A stretch of DNA of 64,000 bases from an uncultured Gemmatimonadaceae bacterium (GCA_963822945.1 CAWGJO010000026.1:32001-96000); one strand, 5' to 3'; positions 29,267-39,438 are shown, counted from the stretch's first letter. The notes: generated by a model not told the origin, from the letters alone. A program made the numbers and translations.

Positions 29267-29963
29267 CGGGCGGTCCGGCCGTCACAACCCGGTTCGAACG
29301 CAGTCCCGCTCTCGCGCGCGTCATCATCCCCTTTGCCCGCGCGTTGGGGCGATGGTACTTTCGCGCGCGGTCCGTCGGCGCCGAACACATTCCTGCCGAC
29401 CGTCCGGTGATCTACGTGTGCAAGCATCCGCGTTCGTTTCTCTACCTGGAAACGGTGCTGCTCGCCCTCATGACGTTCTGGGACAACGATCGGCCCCCCA
29501 TCCGCGTGCTCGAGAAGACCGGGACCTCGCTCCACCGGACGCCGGTGCTCGGCTGGATGCGGCGCAACGTGAATGCCGTGCCCGCCACCGAAGAACACGC
29601 GCTGGACGCTCTGGGGCATGGCGAATCGCTGCTGATCTTCCCCGGCGGCACCCGCGAACTCTATGGCCCGCGCGATACGCTCCGTTGGGAGGGACGCACC
29701 GGCTTCGCCCGGCTGGCCATCGCCGCCGGCGTGGCGGTGCTGCCGTTCGCCATCGCCGGCGCCGACCGCCAGCACTGGGGACGAGTGGCGATCGGTGGCG
29801 GGAGTCTCTGGATGCCGCCCTTTCCACTCCCGGTGCGGCTGGAATATCGGTTCGGCGTACCGATGCTGGCGGCCGAAGGGGAGCGCGCCGCGCCGAGTTC
29901 GCCTCGCGGGTGGAGGCCGCCACGCGCGAATTGATCGCGACGAGCCGGCGGAGCGCCGCATGA
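29263..29963 (+). CDS. Lysophospholipid/MGAT-like acyltransferase (probable frameshift near 29890)
   Basis: GAEHIP, H-x6-E, FPGGTRE and TGFARLA; the alternative frame ends in an ATGA overlap with the next gene. Confidence 0.8.
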
Positions 29964-30700
29964 CGGGCAGCAACGGTTCGTCACCGGCCCTCAACCCCAC
30001 GCTCTACCGCAAGAGTTCGGGCTACCTGCGCCTGGCGCGCTGGATGTCGCGCTACCACCGCACGCGCGTGGAGGGCACGCCGCCAACGGGCCAGTGCATC
30101 TACGTGACGCACCATGGCGCGGGATATCTGAGCGGTGACCTGTCGATCGCCATCTACCACCTGGCCTGGAGCGACTGGTTCGAACACGGCGGCGAACCGC
30201 GCCCGCTGGCGGTGGCCGCGGTGCAGGGCAATGCGTTGGAGCGCGCCATCCCGGGCATCGCGCGGCTCAAGCGCGACGTGGGGCTCATCGATCCGTCGGA
30301 ACGCTCGTGCCTGCGCGCGTTGGAAGAGGGACGCCAGCTGTTGCTCACGCCGGGCGGCAGCCGCGAGTCGACGCCGCGCGCGCGCGGCTACCGTCTGCGG
30401 TGGAACGATCGCTATGGCTTCGCGCGGTTGGCGGTGCGCACGGGCGTGCCCCTGGTTCCGCTGGCGACGGTGGGCGGGTTCGCCGCGTACCCCGGGTTCA
30501 CCATGGGCCGGCTCTCGTTCTGGAGTCCGGTGCCGCTGCCGGTGCGATTGGACATCGCCATCGGCACGCCGATCGAAGTGGAACGCGATCCGGAGCACGC
30601 GCGCGACGTGGCGGTGTTGAAGCCGGTACACGCGCGCGTGCGACAGGCGACGCAGGATCTCTACGACCGGCTGCTGGCACGGCGCGGTGGCCGCGCGTGA
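29960..30700 (+). CDS. Lysophospholipid/MGAT-like acyltransferase
   Basis: HHGAGYLSGD, TPGGSRE and YGFARLA. Confidence 0.82.
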   Translation: MTGSNGSSPALNPTLYRKSSGYLRLARWMSRYHRTRVEGTPPTGQCIYVTHHGAGYLSGDLSIAIYHLAWSDWFEHGGEPRPLAVAAVQGNALERAIPGIARLKRDVGLIDPSERSCLRALEEGRQLLLTPGGSRESTPRARGYRLRWNDRYGFARLAVRTGVPLVPLATVGGFAAYPGFTMGRLSFWSPVPLPVRLDIAIGTPIEVERDPEHARDVAVLKPVHARVRQATQDLYDRLLARRGGRA

Positions 30701-31383
30701 CGCGCACGCTCGTGTCCGGCGACTGGCACCTGGGCACCTACAGTCCGCCGGCGCACCGCGCGCTGGCGCTCGGCTTCCTGCGCTGGGCCGCAGACACCGC
30801 CGATCTGATCGTGCTCAACGGTGACATCTTCGAGGGGCTGTTCGAATCGCCGGCGCGCGCCGAACGCGCGCACCCGGAGGTGGCGGCGCTGATCACGAGC
30901 CTGGCGCGGCGGGGCAGGCTCCGCCGCACGCTGGGCAACCACGATCCGGAGGGCGGCGCGGCATCGGTGGTGCTCCAGCACCCGAGGCTGGGACGCGTGC
31001 TGGTGGCGCACGGCCACCTGGCCGACCCGGTGCACGTGTCGTCGGTGGGCAACTTCGGCGACGGCATCTCCCGCCGGTTCGGCCACCTGTCGCTCGTGCG
31101 CGGGGCCGCGTGGGTGGCGGAGTCGTTCGTGGCCGGCACGATGGCGGCGCCCGTGGACCGGATGTTCCGTCGCAAGTGCCTGACGCTCATGGCCCGCGAG
31201 CAATGCGCGTTCGGCGTGTTCGGCCACAATCATCGCCGGCATCTCGTGCCGGGCGATCCGTACGCGAATGCCGGCCGCCTGCGGCGCTCGCGTCTGGAAT
31301 ACCTGATGCTCGACGACGGCGGTCCGTCGTTGCGCGACTTCACCGTCGACGGCGCGACGGCGGACGTGGCTGCGGCGTCGTGA
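30697..31383 (+). CDS. Calcineurin-like metallophosphoesterase (LpxH/PlcP-like)
   Basis: DWHLG, NGDIFE, GNHD, HGH and GHNH metal-binding motifs. Confidence 0.85.
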   Translation: MTRTLVSGDWHLGTYSPPAHRALALGFLRWAADTADLIVLNGDIFEGLFESPARAERAHPEVAALITSLARRGRLRRTLGNHDPEGGAASVVLQHPRLGRVLVAHGHLADPVHVSSVGNFGDGISRRFGHLSLVRGAAWVAESFVAGTMAAPVDRMFRRKCLTLMAREQCAFGVFGHNHRRHLVPGDPYANAGRLRRSRLEYLMLDDGGPSLRDFTVDGATADVAAAS

Positions 31384-32081
31384 TCGCCTCGGTGCTGGCG
31401 TTCCTGGCGCGCTGGCAGTATCTGGGCGCCTTCGTCGGGATCTTCCTGGAGGAGGCGGGGGTTCCGCTGCCGGTACCGGGCGACGTGTTCATCGCGGCGC
31501 TCGGCGCGTCGGGGCGTGCGGGACACGCCAGCTACCTGATGACGACGCTGGTGGTGTTCGCGGCCACGCTCAGCGGCAGCACGGTGCTGTTCGAGCTGTC
31601 GCGGCGCGTGGGCCACCCGCTGCTGCGCCGCGTGGGGCATCGATTCGGTTTCGACGGCGAGCGGGCCGACCGCGTGGAGGTATGGCTGAAGAACCATGGG
31701 TCGGTGACGGTGGCGCTCGGCCGTCTGGTCCCGGGATTCCGCATCGTGCTCACGGTGGCGGCGGGCGCTCTGCGCATGGGGCGCGTGAACTTTCTGGTGG
31801 GCGCGGCGGCGGCATCGGTGCTCTGGGCGGCGATCTACTACTGGCTGGGCTACGCGCTCGGCGCGGGGGTGACGCAGATGATCCGGACCGCCGCGGGGCG
31901 CGCCTACCACAACCCCGAGGTGGCGGCGGCGATCGTCGTGGTGGTGGTGCTGGCGATCGCGGCCGTGATCGCGACGGTGGTGTGGAAGCGGCGGTCGTCG
32001 CGCGAGGCGGAAGCGGAGGCGGAGGCGGAGGCGCGGGTCGAGTCTGCGGACGCGCCGGCCGACGGCGAAGCGCCGCGGTGA
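31380..32081 (+). CDS. DedA-family membrane protein
   Basis: EEAGVPLPVPGD and GRLVPGFR...AGA motifs. Confidence 0.9.
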   Translation: MIASVLAFLARWQYLGAFVGIFLEEAGVPLPVPGDVFIAALGASGRAGHASYLMTTLVVFAATLSGSTVLFELSRRVGHPLLRRVGHRFGFDGERADRVEVWLKNHGSVTVALGRLVPGFRIVLTVAAGALRMGRVNFLVGAAAASVLWAAIYYWLGYALGAGVTQMIRTAAGRAYHNPEVAAAIVVVVVLAIAAVIATVVWKRRSSREAEAEAEAEARVESADAPADGEAPR

Positions 32082-32090
32082 GTCGCACGC

Positions 32091-32120
32091 GGAACCCGGG
32101 CGCCTGGTTCGACGTAGGGA
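32091..32120 (+). promoter_or_regulatory. Candidate ECF sigma promoter
   Basis: GGAAC-N17-CGTA(GGGA), matching 17630-17660. Confidence 0.45.
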
Positions 32121-32253
32121 ATCGGGAGGCGCGGCGCATTCTTCCCGTAGCGGGGTAGAAAGTGGCCACGTAGGTTTGGAACCTGTCGCCGGAGGGCGCG
32201 ATCGCACCGTTGAGGTCATCGCGTGCCGGCGGCGCACACCGCTCGAGGCTTCC

Positions 32254-32817
32254 ATGTCCGATACGTCCAGAAAGTGGGCCGGCCGCGCCATCCAGGTGGT
32301 GCTTCTGATCGCGGCGCTCGCCTTCATCGGGAACTGGTTCCGCTCGCACTTCAACAACGCGCGCCACGAAACGCACGTGGCGGGATTGGAGTCGCCGCCC
32401 GATTCGCTGGGACCGGGCGATCTGATGATCCAGAATGCGGACAGTTCCGTGGATCTGATCCTGGCCGGCGACCGGATCTGGGCGGGGCTGTCGCCGAAAA
32501 CGGTCGCGAAGGTCCGTAGCCAACTCGACACCTCCCAGCACTCCGACTCGGGGTTGGGCGGGAGCATCGCGAAGATGGTGAAGTCGGGGGTGGCCGGCGC
32601 CATCGACAAGCACGCCGTGTACCGGCTGTCCGACCTGCGTGACGTGCGCTACGAGAACGGCCGCCTGATCTTCGATTGGAAATCGGGCGGGCACGATACG
32701 ATGTTCAAGAACACGAAGGTCAACGGCGATCGCGCCGACGAGACGTTCAGCAAGGACGACGCCGAACGGTTCATCGCCGCGGTCCACGCGCGCCAGAAGC
32801 AATTGGGACTTCCTTAG
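32254..32817 (+). CDS. Hypothetical membrane-anchored protein
   Basis: GAGG RBS, N-terminal TM helix, coding-like codon usage. Confidence 0.75.
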   Translation: MSDTSRKWAGRAIQVVLLIAALAFIGNWFRSHFNNARHETHVAGLESPPDSLGPGDLMIQNADSSVDLILAGDRIWAGLSPKTVAKVRSQLDTSQHSDSGLGGSIAKMVKSGVAGAIDKHAVYRLSDLRDVRYENGRLIFDWKSGGHDTMFKNTKVNGDRADETFSKDDAERFIAAVHARQKQLGLP

Positions 32818-32828
32818 ACCTCCATTCC

Positions 32829-33983
32829 ATGCTGAACACATTGGCGGCGCTTCTCGCGCTCGGCATGCCGGGCGTCCGGCCCGCGCCGCAGGCGGCCCCG
32901 CCGGCCATCCGGCACGTCTTCGTGATCGTGCTCGAGAACCAGGCCTACGAATCGACCTTCGGCGCCGGATCGCCCGCCCCGTATCTGGCCGACACGCTCG
33001 TGCGCGCCGGCGCGTTCCTGAGGCAGTACTACGGCATCGGTCACGCCAGCCTCGACAACTACATCGCGATGGTGAGCGGCATCGCGCCCAACCCGCATAC
33101 ACAGGCCGACTGCGAACGCTACGTGGAGTTCGTGCAGACGGGCACGGCGCCCGACGGCCAGCCCATCGGCAGCGGATGCGTGTATCCGGCCGGCGTGCCC
33201 ACCATCGCCAACCAACTCATGGACCGGCATCTGAGTTGGAAGGCGTACATGGAGGACATGGGCAAGGATCCGTCGCGCGAGTCCGCCACCTGCGGCCACG
33301 CCGCGATCGGGACGGTGGATCGCACGGAGCGGGCCGCGCCCAACGACCAGTACGCGGCCAAGCACAATCCCTTCGTGTACTTCCACGCGATCATCGATGC
33401 GCCGGTGTGCCACACGAACGTCGTGCCGCTCACGGCGCTGAACGCGGACCTGCGGTCGGCGGCCACGACGCCGAACTATGCGTTCATCGCGCCGAACCTC
33501 TGCCACGACGCACACGACCGACCCTGCCGCAACGGCGAGCCGGGCGGACTGGTGTCGGCCGACCGGTTCCTGGCCGAGTGGGTGCCGCGCATCATGCGGT
33601 CGGCGGCGTATCGCGACGGCGGACTGATCATCATCACCTTCGACGAGGCGCAGAGCGGGCACAAGGAAGCGTGCTGCAACGAGCCGACGGGGCCCAACAC
33701 GTCGTCGCCCGGCGCGGGTGGGCCGGGGGGCGGACGCACCGGTACGGTGCTGCTGTCCCCGTTCATCCGGCCGGGCACGGTGTCGGACGTGCCGTACAAC
33801 CACTACTCCATGCTGCGCAGCGTGGAGGACATCTTCGGACTGCCGCATCTCGGGTACGCGGGGCAGAAGGGGTTGGTGCCCTTCGGCGACGACGTCTATA
33901 CGGGGTCGGCGTCCTTGAGGCCTACCAGTTCGAGCAGCTTGAGCGCGTTGCTCGACGTCGCCTTGCCGGGGCGCAGCCGGTAG
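32829..33983 (+). CDS. Secreted phosphoesterase (acid phosphatase/phospholipase C family)
   Basis: HVFVIVLEN, HASLDNY, KHNPF, NLCHDAHD, TFDE and YNHYS. Confidence 0.88.
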   Translation: MLNTLAALLALGMPGVRPAPQAAPPAIRHVFVIVLENQAYESTFGAGSPAPYLADTLVRAGAFLRQYYGIGHASLDNYIAMVSGIAPNPHTQADCERYVEFVQTGTAPDGQPIGSGCVYPAGVPTIANQLMDRHLSWKAYMEDMGKDPSRESATCGHAAIGTVDRTERAAPNDQYAAKHNPFVYFHAIIDAPVCHTNVVPLTALNADLRSAATTPNYAFIAPNLCHDAHDRPCRNGEPGGLVSADRFLAEWVPRIMRSAAYRDGGLIIITFDEAQSGHKEACCNEPTGPNTSSPGAGGPGGGRTGTVLLSPFIRPGTVSDVPYNHYSMLRSVEDIFGLPHLGYAGQKGLVPFGDDVYTGSASLRPTSSSSLSALLDVALPGRSR

Positions 33984-35743
33984 TCGAAGCTCATCGACGC
34001 CGCGCCATTGGCGCGCGAGAACTCCTCGCGGAAGTGCACGTGCCGCGAGACGGATGAGAGTTCGGGGTCGTCGACGAGTTGCAGGTCGTGGGTGGACACG
34101 GCGCCGATGGCCCCCGTGCCCACGAGGTGGCGCAGCACGTGGCGCGCGGCCACGGTGCGCTCGGCCGAGTTGGTGCCGTGCAGGATCTCGTCGAGGAGGT
34201 AGACGAACGCCCGTCCCTCGCCCGGGGTCACCGCGTCGGCGGCGTCGACCACCGACTTCAGCCGCTCCAACTCGGCCATGAAGTAGCTCACCCCGCGCTG
34301 CAGCGAGTCCTGCACGCGCATGCTCGTGTGCAACACGGCGGGCGGGTGGCGGAAGCGGCGCGCGCACACCACCGATCCCGCCTGGCTCAGCACGAGATTG
34401 AGACCGATGGAGCGGAGCAGGGTGCTCTTGCCCGCCATGTTCGACCCCGTGACCACGAGAATGCTGCCGGCGGGGCCGACGGTCACGTCGTTGCGCACGC
34501 CCACGTCGTCGGCGAGCAGCGGATGGCCGAGCGCTTCGGCTTCGATGGTGGGCGCCGCGTGGTCGGCGAGTTCGGGGAAGCTCCAGTCGGGGTTGTCGTG
34601 GGCCAGCGTGGCCAGCGCCGAGAGACTCTCCATCTCCCCGAGCGCGGCCATCCAGTCGGCCACGCGGGCCCCCGACCGCCGCTGCCATCGCTCGATCAGG
34701 TGCGCCACGTGGAAGTCCCACAGGGTGAGCGTATTCACCGCGAAATACAGCAGCGGTGACAGGCGGAGTTCGGTGCAGTCGGCGAGGGCTGTGAGCCGCC
34801 GGATCTCCGCGTCCGCGGGGGCCGGCGTCGTGAGGCGCTCGCGAATGGCCGCCAGCAATGGAGCGTCGAACCGCTGATCCGCCACCACGCGTGCCATCGC
34901 GCCGTACCGCCGCAGCATGTTGGCTTGCCCGACCACCGGCTTGAAGCATTCGCTCAGCCGCCGGGAATGGTCGCTCATCAGCAACCAACCGGCGATGGCC
35001 GGCACCACCCAGAAGGAGTGCGGCGTGGCGCCCGACAGCTGCGCGGCGAGCAGGGCGATGGTTGCCGCGGGGATGAGCACGGTGAGCGCCAGGAGCCAGG
35101 GCTTGGCCAGCAGCCAGCCGTCGCCGGCCGCCCAACGCGCGAGTTCGCCAAGCGCCTCGCCGCTTACGGTGACGCGCAGGCCGGCGACGGCCAGCTCCTC
35201 GCGAAAGACGTCGCGCTCCCGCAACTCGGCCACCGCGCGCTGCCGTTCACGGATGGTGGCGGGGTCGGCGGGCGCGACCAGCCACTCCCGCAGGGTCGCG
35301 CGTCCCGGGGCGCGGCTCATGGCCGGCATCAATTGGACCAGCGAGGCCTGACCGAACAGATCGAGATCCACGGCGTACGGGTGGCCGGGCGGCTCGACCA
35401 CCCAGGGACGCGCCGGAATCTGCTCCCACGCGCGGGCGGTGCGATGCTCGCCCTCTTCGGCCAACGTGAGCAGGTCGTTGGTGTGCTGGAGCCGGGTCTT
35501 GGCGCGGTTGCTCGCGCGCACGAGCAAGAGGAATCCGGCGAGTACCACGACGGCGGCGGTGAGCCAGAGCGCGCGGTGCGTGCCGGCGGTGGCCCATCGC
35601 GCGAACAGCAGTCCGGCGGCGACGAACACCAGCAGGCGCAGGTTGCCCAGACGGTCCACGGCGGCCGACTGGCCGGCACGGCGTGTGCGGAGTTCAGCGG
35701 CCCGGGCCGAGTAGGCGGCGCGGACGTCGGCGGAAGTTGCCAT
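33896..35743 (-). CDS. Membrane-anchored MutS-family ATPase (domain V type, no mismatch-binding domain)
   Basis: N-terminal TM helices; TGSNMAGKST, SYFMAE, LLDEILHGTNS and STHDL. Confidence 0.88.
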   Translation of the reverse strand: MATSADVRAAYSARAAELRTRRAGQSAAVDRLGNLRLLVFVAAGLLFARWATAGTHRALWLTAAVVVLAGFLLLVRASNRAKTRLQHTNDLLTLAEEGEHRTARAWEQIPARPWVVEPPGHPYAVDLDLFGQASLVQLMPAMSRAPGRATLREWLVAPADPATIRERQRAVAELRERDVFREELAVAGLRVTVSGEALGELARWAAGDGWLLAKPWLLALTVLIPAATIALLAAQLSGATPHSFWVVPAIAGWLLMSDHSRRLSECFKPVVGQANMLRRYGAMARVVADQRFDAPLLAAIRERLTTPAPADAEIRRLTALADCTELRLSPLLYFAVNTLTLWDFHVAHLIERWQRRSGARVADWMAALGEMESLSALATLAHDNPDWSFPELADHAAPTIEAEALGHPLLADDVGVRNDVTVGPAGSILVVTGSNMAGKSTLLRSIGLNLVLSQAGSVVCARRFRHPPAVLHTSMRVQDSLQRGVSYFMAELERLKSVVDAADAVTPGEGRAFVYLLDEILHGTNSAERTVAARHVLRHLVGTGAIGAVSTHDLQLVDDPELSSVSRHVHFREEFSRANGAASMSFDYRLRPGKATSSNALKLLELVGLKDADPV

Positions 35744-35813
35744 GCCTTGAAAATGGCGACCCGCGCCGTTTCCCGCGCGGGGTGTCGTGGGGAGGCGGCC
35801 GCCCGCCCCCGGC

Positions 35814-37247
35814 TCAGTTCCCGCCCTTGTCGATCAGATCGGTGAAGGCATCGAGCGACCGCATGAACTGGTAGCGTGGGTCGCGCACGATCTCGTCGAT
35901 GGTGATGGCCTTGCCCGCCAGCGCGCAGCGCAGTTCGTCGAGAGTGCTCCCGGCGTCGCCGCTGAGGGCGTAGGCGCGGGCCCGTTCGCGGCACACCGTC
36001 GGCGAACGCGGGTGGATCATCTCGGCTATGGTGAGCATGGCCAGCGCGCGCGACTGGTCCTTGACCGCGATGTAGGCCTCGGGTTCGTAGAACGACGCCT
36101 GGACGTACAGCTCGGCCAGCCGCCGTTCGGCCCACATGGCGCGGACCGAGTCCTGCCGGTCGGTGGCCCACTGCTGGAACTGCACGATGCGCAGGTCGCC
36201 GGCAAGCTTCCGCAGGTCGGGCACACCCGGATGCTTCCGCACCGCGAGCAACGTGGCTCCCATGGCGCGCTGCACGCCGGGCGTGCTCTTGTGGAGCGAG
36301 TCCAGTTCGGCACGCCACCGTTGCACGGCCGGCGACCCGTCGAGCGACGCGAGCTCCGCGCGCGCCCCGCTCAGGTCGTGGAGGCCCGCCCAGGCGGCAA
36401 TGATGCCGGCCCACTGGTTCGCCGCCTCGCCCGTGCGGCCCGAATCGGCGGTCGCCACGGCGTGCGTCGAGTCCACGGAGAACACCGAGTCGACCAGCAG
36501 CGAGTCCATCGGACGCAGCTTCCGCGCCATGGCGCGGGCCTCGAGCCAGCCCATGGCCTGCGCCAGTACCGGCTCGGGGGGCCACCGGTGGCCGCCGCGG
36601 AACAGGTCGGTGCGGATCGGCGCGCCGAGCGCGCGCAGCGTGTCGGTGGTGTTCAACACCTCGTCGTAGTTGAACCCGCTGTCGCCGGCCGCCATCGCCA
36701 CGTCGAACGGCGGCTTGCCGCCGTGCTGCCGGCGCCAGGCGGAATCGCCGGGCATCGAAGCGCCCGCCGAGATGATGCCCGCCACGTGCCCGCCGGCGCC
36801 GTACGCGAACACCCACGTGTCGCGCGCGGTGCCCGAGAAGCCGGCCAGGTAGATGCGCGAGGTGTCGACGCGGAACGCCGAGAACGCATCGTCGAGCATC
36901 AGGTTCACGGCGCGCTGGTTGGGTGCGTTCTCCTCGTCGCTGCGGGTGTCGTAGCTGCTCATCACCACCCATCCCAACCGCTCCGCCGCGGGCACCATCA
37001 ACTCGATTGAACGCCGGGCATTCCCCCGCGGGTCGAGCACGAGCAGCAGGGGCACGGGCGCGGTGCCCGTGTAGCCACGCGGGATGTACGCCGCGTAGCG
37101 GAAGTTGCTGTCCCGTCGCGCAACGAGCGGTGCGAGCACGGATCCCTTGTATGCACTGTCGATCTGCTGCCCGGCGGCCCGACCGGTGGGCACCAGAGCG
37201 GGGAGGGTGGCGAGCGCGGCGACGAAAGCGATGCGTAGGGGGCGCAT
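35814..37247 (-). CDS. Exported alpha/beta-hydrolase with TPR-like C-terminus
   Basis: Signal peptide; YLAGFSG nucleophile elbow, D (GDSGFN) and GGHRW. Confidence 0.75.
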   Translation of the reverse strand: MRPLRIAFVAALATLPALVPTGRAAGQQIDSAYKGSVLAPLVARRDSNFRYAAYIPRGYTGTAPVPLLLVLDPRGNARRSIELMVPAAERLGWVVMSSYDTRSDEENAPNQRAVNLMLDDAFSAFRVDTSRIYLAGFSGTARDTWVFAYGAGGHVAGIISAGASMPGDSAWRRQHGGKPPFDVAMAAGDSGFNYDEVLNTTDTLRALGAPIRTDLFRGGHRWPPEPVLAQAMGWLEARAMARKLRPMDSLLVDSVFSVDSTHAVATADSGRTGEAANQWAGIIAAWAGLHDLSGARAELASLDGSPAVQRWRAELDSLHKSTPGVQRAMGATLLAVRKHPGVPDLRKLAGDLRIVQFQQWATDRQDSVRAMWAERRLAELYVQASFYEPEAYIAVKDQSRALAMLTIAEMIHPRSPTVCRERARAYALSGDAGSTLDELRCALAGKAITIDEIVRDPRYQFMRSLDAFTDLIDKGGN

Positions 37248-37441
37248 GAAAGCGGCCTCGGCGGACGGGTGGGTCGTTGCCGGACAACATTACAACATTC
37301 GCGGCCGGGCGCGAATGGTTCCCGGGATCCTTACAGGGCGCGTACGTGAAACGGCAACCCGGAGGTGAATGACGAGTGGCGGGAGCCGGCAGTCGACAGC
37401 CTGCAGCCGCCGGTGAACCGCGCGCCGCCGTCCGGTGAGTG

Positions 37442-38479
37442 CTAACTCGCCGCCGTCATTGCCAGGACCGCGAACGAGGCCAGCCAGTGCTCTCCCATGT
37501 AGTCGCCGGCCACGTGCGGCAGGCTGGCGGCGAGGTGCCGGTCGGCCGCCGCGTGCGCCACCGCAATCCGGGGGTCGTCCGCGGGCAGCGCACCAGCGAT
37601 CGACCGCCAGCACCAGGCGCGAGTAAGGTTCAACCCGTCCAGGTGCGCGATCTTGCCGTCGCTGCGGTCGCTGACGTGCGCGGGCCGAAAGAGCGCGGCC
37701 GGTTCCTGCTCCGCGATGCGCGGCAGAAAGCGGCCGAGCCAGTCGGCGAATCCGCGCGGCGGCATCATCCGTCGCATGCATTCGGCTTCGATGAGCGCCG
37801 ATGACAGGAAATCGTCGCCGCCGGGTTCCCAGGCCTGGCAGTCCGCGTCGGTTCCGTACCAGCCGTTGGCCTTCTCGCGCAGCAGGTCGGCCAACGCGGT
37901 GTCGCCCGCCGTCGTGGCGTAATCCATGGCGAGGGTGAGCGCGAAGGCCGTATTGAAGTGGGTGCCGACGCGCACGGGATACGTCGCTTTGGGCAGGAAC
38001 TCCCGGAACCGCTGCACGAATTCGGCGACGAGCGGTTGGAGCGCGGACGACCATCGCCGGCCTTCCGGGGTGGTGTGGCGGGCGAGTTCGCCCCCGAGCA
38101 TCAACAGCCATGCCCACCCGTAGGGGCGCTCGAATCCGCCGCGTGACGGCTGCCGGAGATACGCCACCTCGCCGGCCACGTGCTCCGCGGTGAAGTGCGC
38201 GTCGAACTGCGCGCGGATGTGGGGCGATTCGTCCAGCGACGGGAAGTGCCGGTGGAGCAGGGCCAGCATCCAGTAGCCGTGCACGCACGAATGCCAGTCG
38301 AAGCTTCCGTAGAAGACCGGGTGCAGGGCGCGCGGGCCGCGGACGTCGTCGGCGCCGTTGAGCACATGGTCGAGCTTGTTGGGGTACTCACGCGACACGT
38401 GCCCGAGCGCGATGGCCGCGAACCGCGAGGCGGTGGCGGCGGAGAGCGTCGCGTCGGAGCGGTCGAATTCGACGGTCAT
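37442..38479 (-). CDS. DUF2891 family protein
   Basis: EYPNK, HPVFYGSFDWHSCVHG, FERPYGWAW, HLDGLN and YMGEHWLASFA. Confidence 0.88.
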   Translation of the reverse strand: MTVEFDRSDATLSAATASRFAAIALGHVSREYPNKLDHVLNGADDVRGPRALHPVFYGSFDWHSCVHGYWMLALLHRHFPSLDESPHIRAQFDAHFTAEHVAGEVAYLRQPSRGGFERPYGWAWLLMLGGELARHTTPEGRRWSSALQPLVAEFVQRFREFLPKATYPVRVGTHFNTAFALTLAMDYATTAGDTALADLLREKANGWYGTDADCQAWEPGGDDFLSSALIEAECMRRMMPPRGFADWLGRFLPRIAEQEPAALFRPAHVSDRSDGKIAHLDGLNLTRAWCWRSIAGALPADDPRIAVAHAAADRHLAASLPHVAGDYMGEHWLASFAVLAMTAAS

Positions 38480-38481
38480 GA

Positions 38482-39438
38482 TCAGTACCGGAAGACCAGG
38501 AAGTTCATGAGCAGGATGTTGGCTGCCAGCAGCAGGATGCCGGTGGGAATCTGTACCTTGATCACGCCGTTCTCGTCGGGGAGTTCGAGCAGGGCGGCGG
38601 GCACGATGTTGAAGTTGGCGGCCATCGGCGTCATCAGCGTGCCGCAGTAGCCGGAGAGCATGCCGATGGCGGCCATGATCGCCGGGTCGCCGCCGAACTT
38701 CGTGACGATGAGCGGCAATCCGATGCCGGCGGTCATCACCGGGAAGGCCGCGAACGCGTTGCCCATGATGATCGTGAACAGGGCCATGCCCACGGCGTAC
38801 GTCACCACCACCACGAAGGCATGGTCCAGCGGAATCCAGCGGTTGAAGAGCGTGGAGACCACGCCGCCCACACCGGCAATGGCGAACAGCGCGCCCAGCG
38901 CGGCGAGCATCTGCGGGAGCACCGCGGCCCATCCCACCGAGTCCATCAGCCGGCGGGCCTCCTTGATGGGCGACGCCAGAGGCGCGCGGAGCATGATCAT
39001 CCCCGCCACCAGCGACACCACCGTTGCCAACCCGAGCGAGATCACCGTGACCTGCTTGGGATCGACCAGCGGGACGCCGTGAATCTGCAGATGCTTGAAC
39101 GCGCTCGTGCCGGCGAGCGTGACGGCGGGAATGAGCAGGGCGGGGACGAAGAGCCGGTTGCCCCACCGCCGGGCGCTCGCCTCGCGCTGTTCGCGCGTGG
39201 CCGATTCGGCGCCGCTGCCGCCCAGGCCGCCGATGCTCGACACGAGCACCATACCGATGACCAGGCAGCCATTGGTGAAGTCGGAGAGGTGCGAGCCGAT
39301 CAGAAATGTGATGGCGTAGATGCCCCAGAACAGGAGCTTGTTGTAGCGCTTGCGGTCGCCGGCGTCGAGCACGTTCACGATCGCGATGCCGGCGAGCATG
39401 AGGCCCATGAGCAGGTAGACGGAGCCGAGCCCGATCAT
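38482..39438 (-). CDS. DUF979 membrane protein (putative 5-oxoproline transporter subunit)
   Basis: LPQMLAALG, MGNAFAAFPVMTAGIG and GTLMTPMAANFNIVP. Confidence 0.88.
   Translation of the reverse strand: MIGLGSVYLLMGLMLAGIAIVNVLDAGDRKRYNKLLFWGIYAITFLIGSHLSDFTNGCLVIGMVLVSSIGGLGGSGAESATREQREASARRWGNRLFVPALLIPAVTLAGTSAFKHLQIHGVPLVDPKQVTVISLGLATVVSLVAGMIMLRAPLASPIKEARRLMDSVGWAAVLPQMLAALGALFAIAGVGGVVSTLFNRWIPLDHAFVVVVTYAVGMALFTIIMGNAFAAFPVMTAGIGLPLIVTKFGGDPAIMAAIGMLSGYCGTLMTPMAANFNIVPAALLELPDENGVIKVQIPTGILLLAANILLMNFLVFRY

Noticed and set aside
37361..37445. Small ORF after GGAGGTG
   Set aside because: The ATG is too close to the SD and the peptide is featureless
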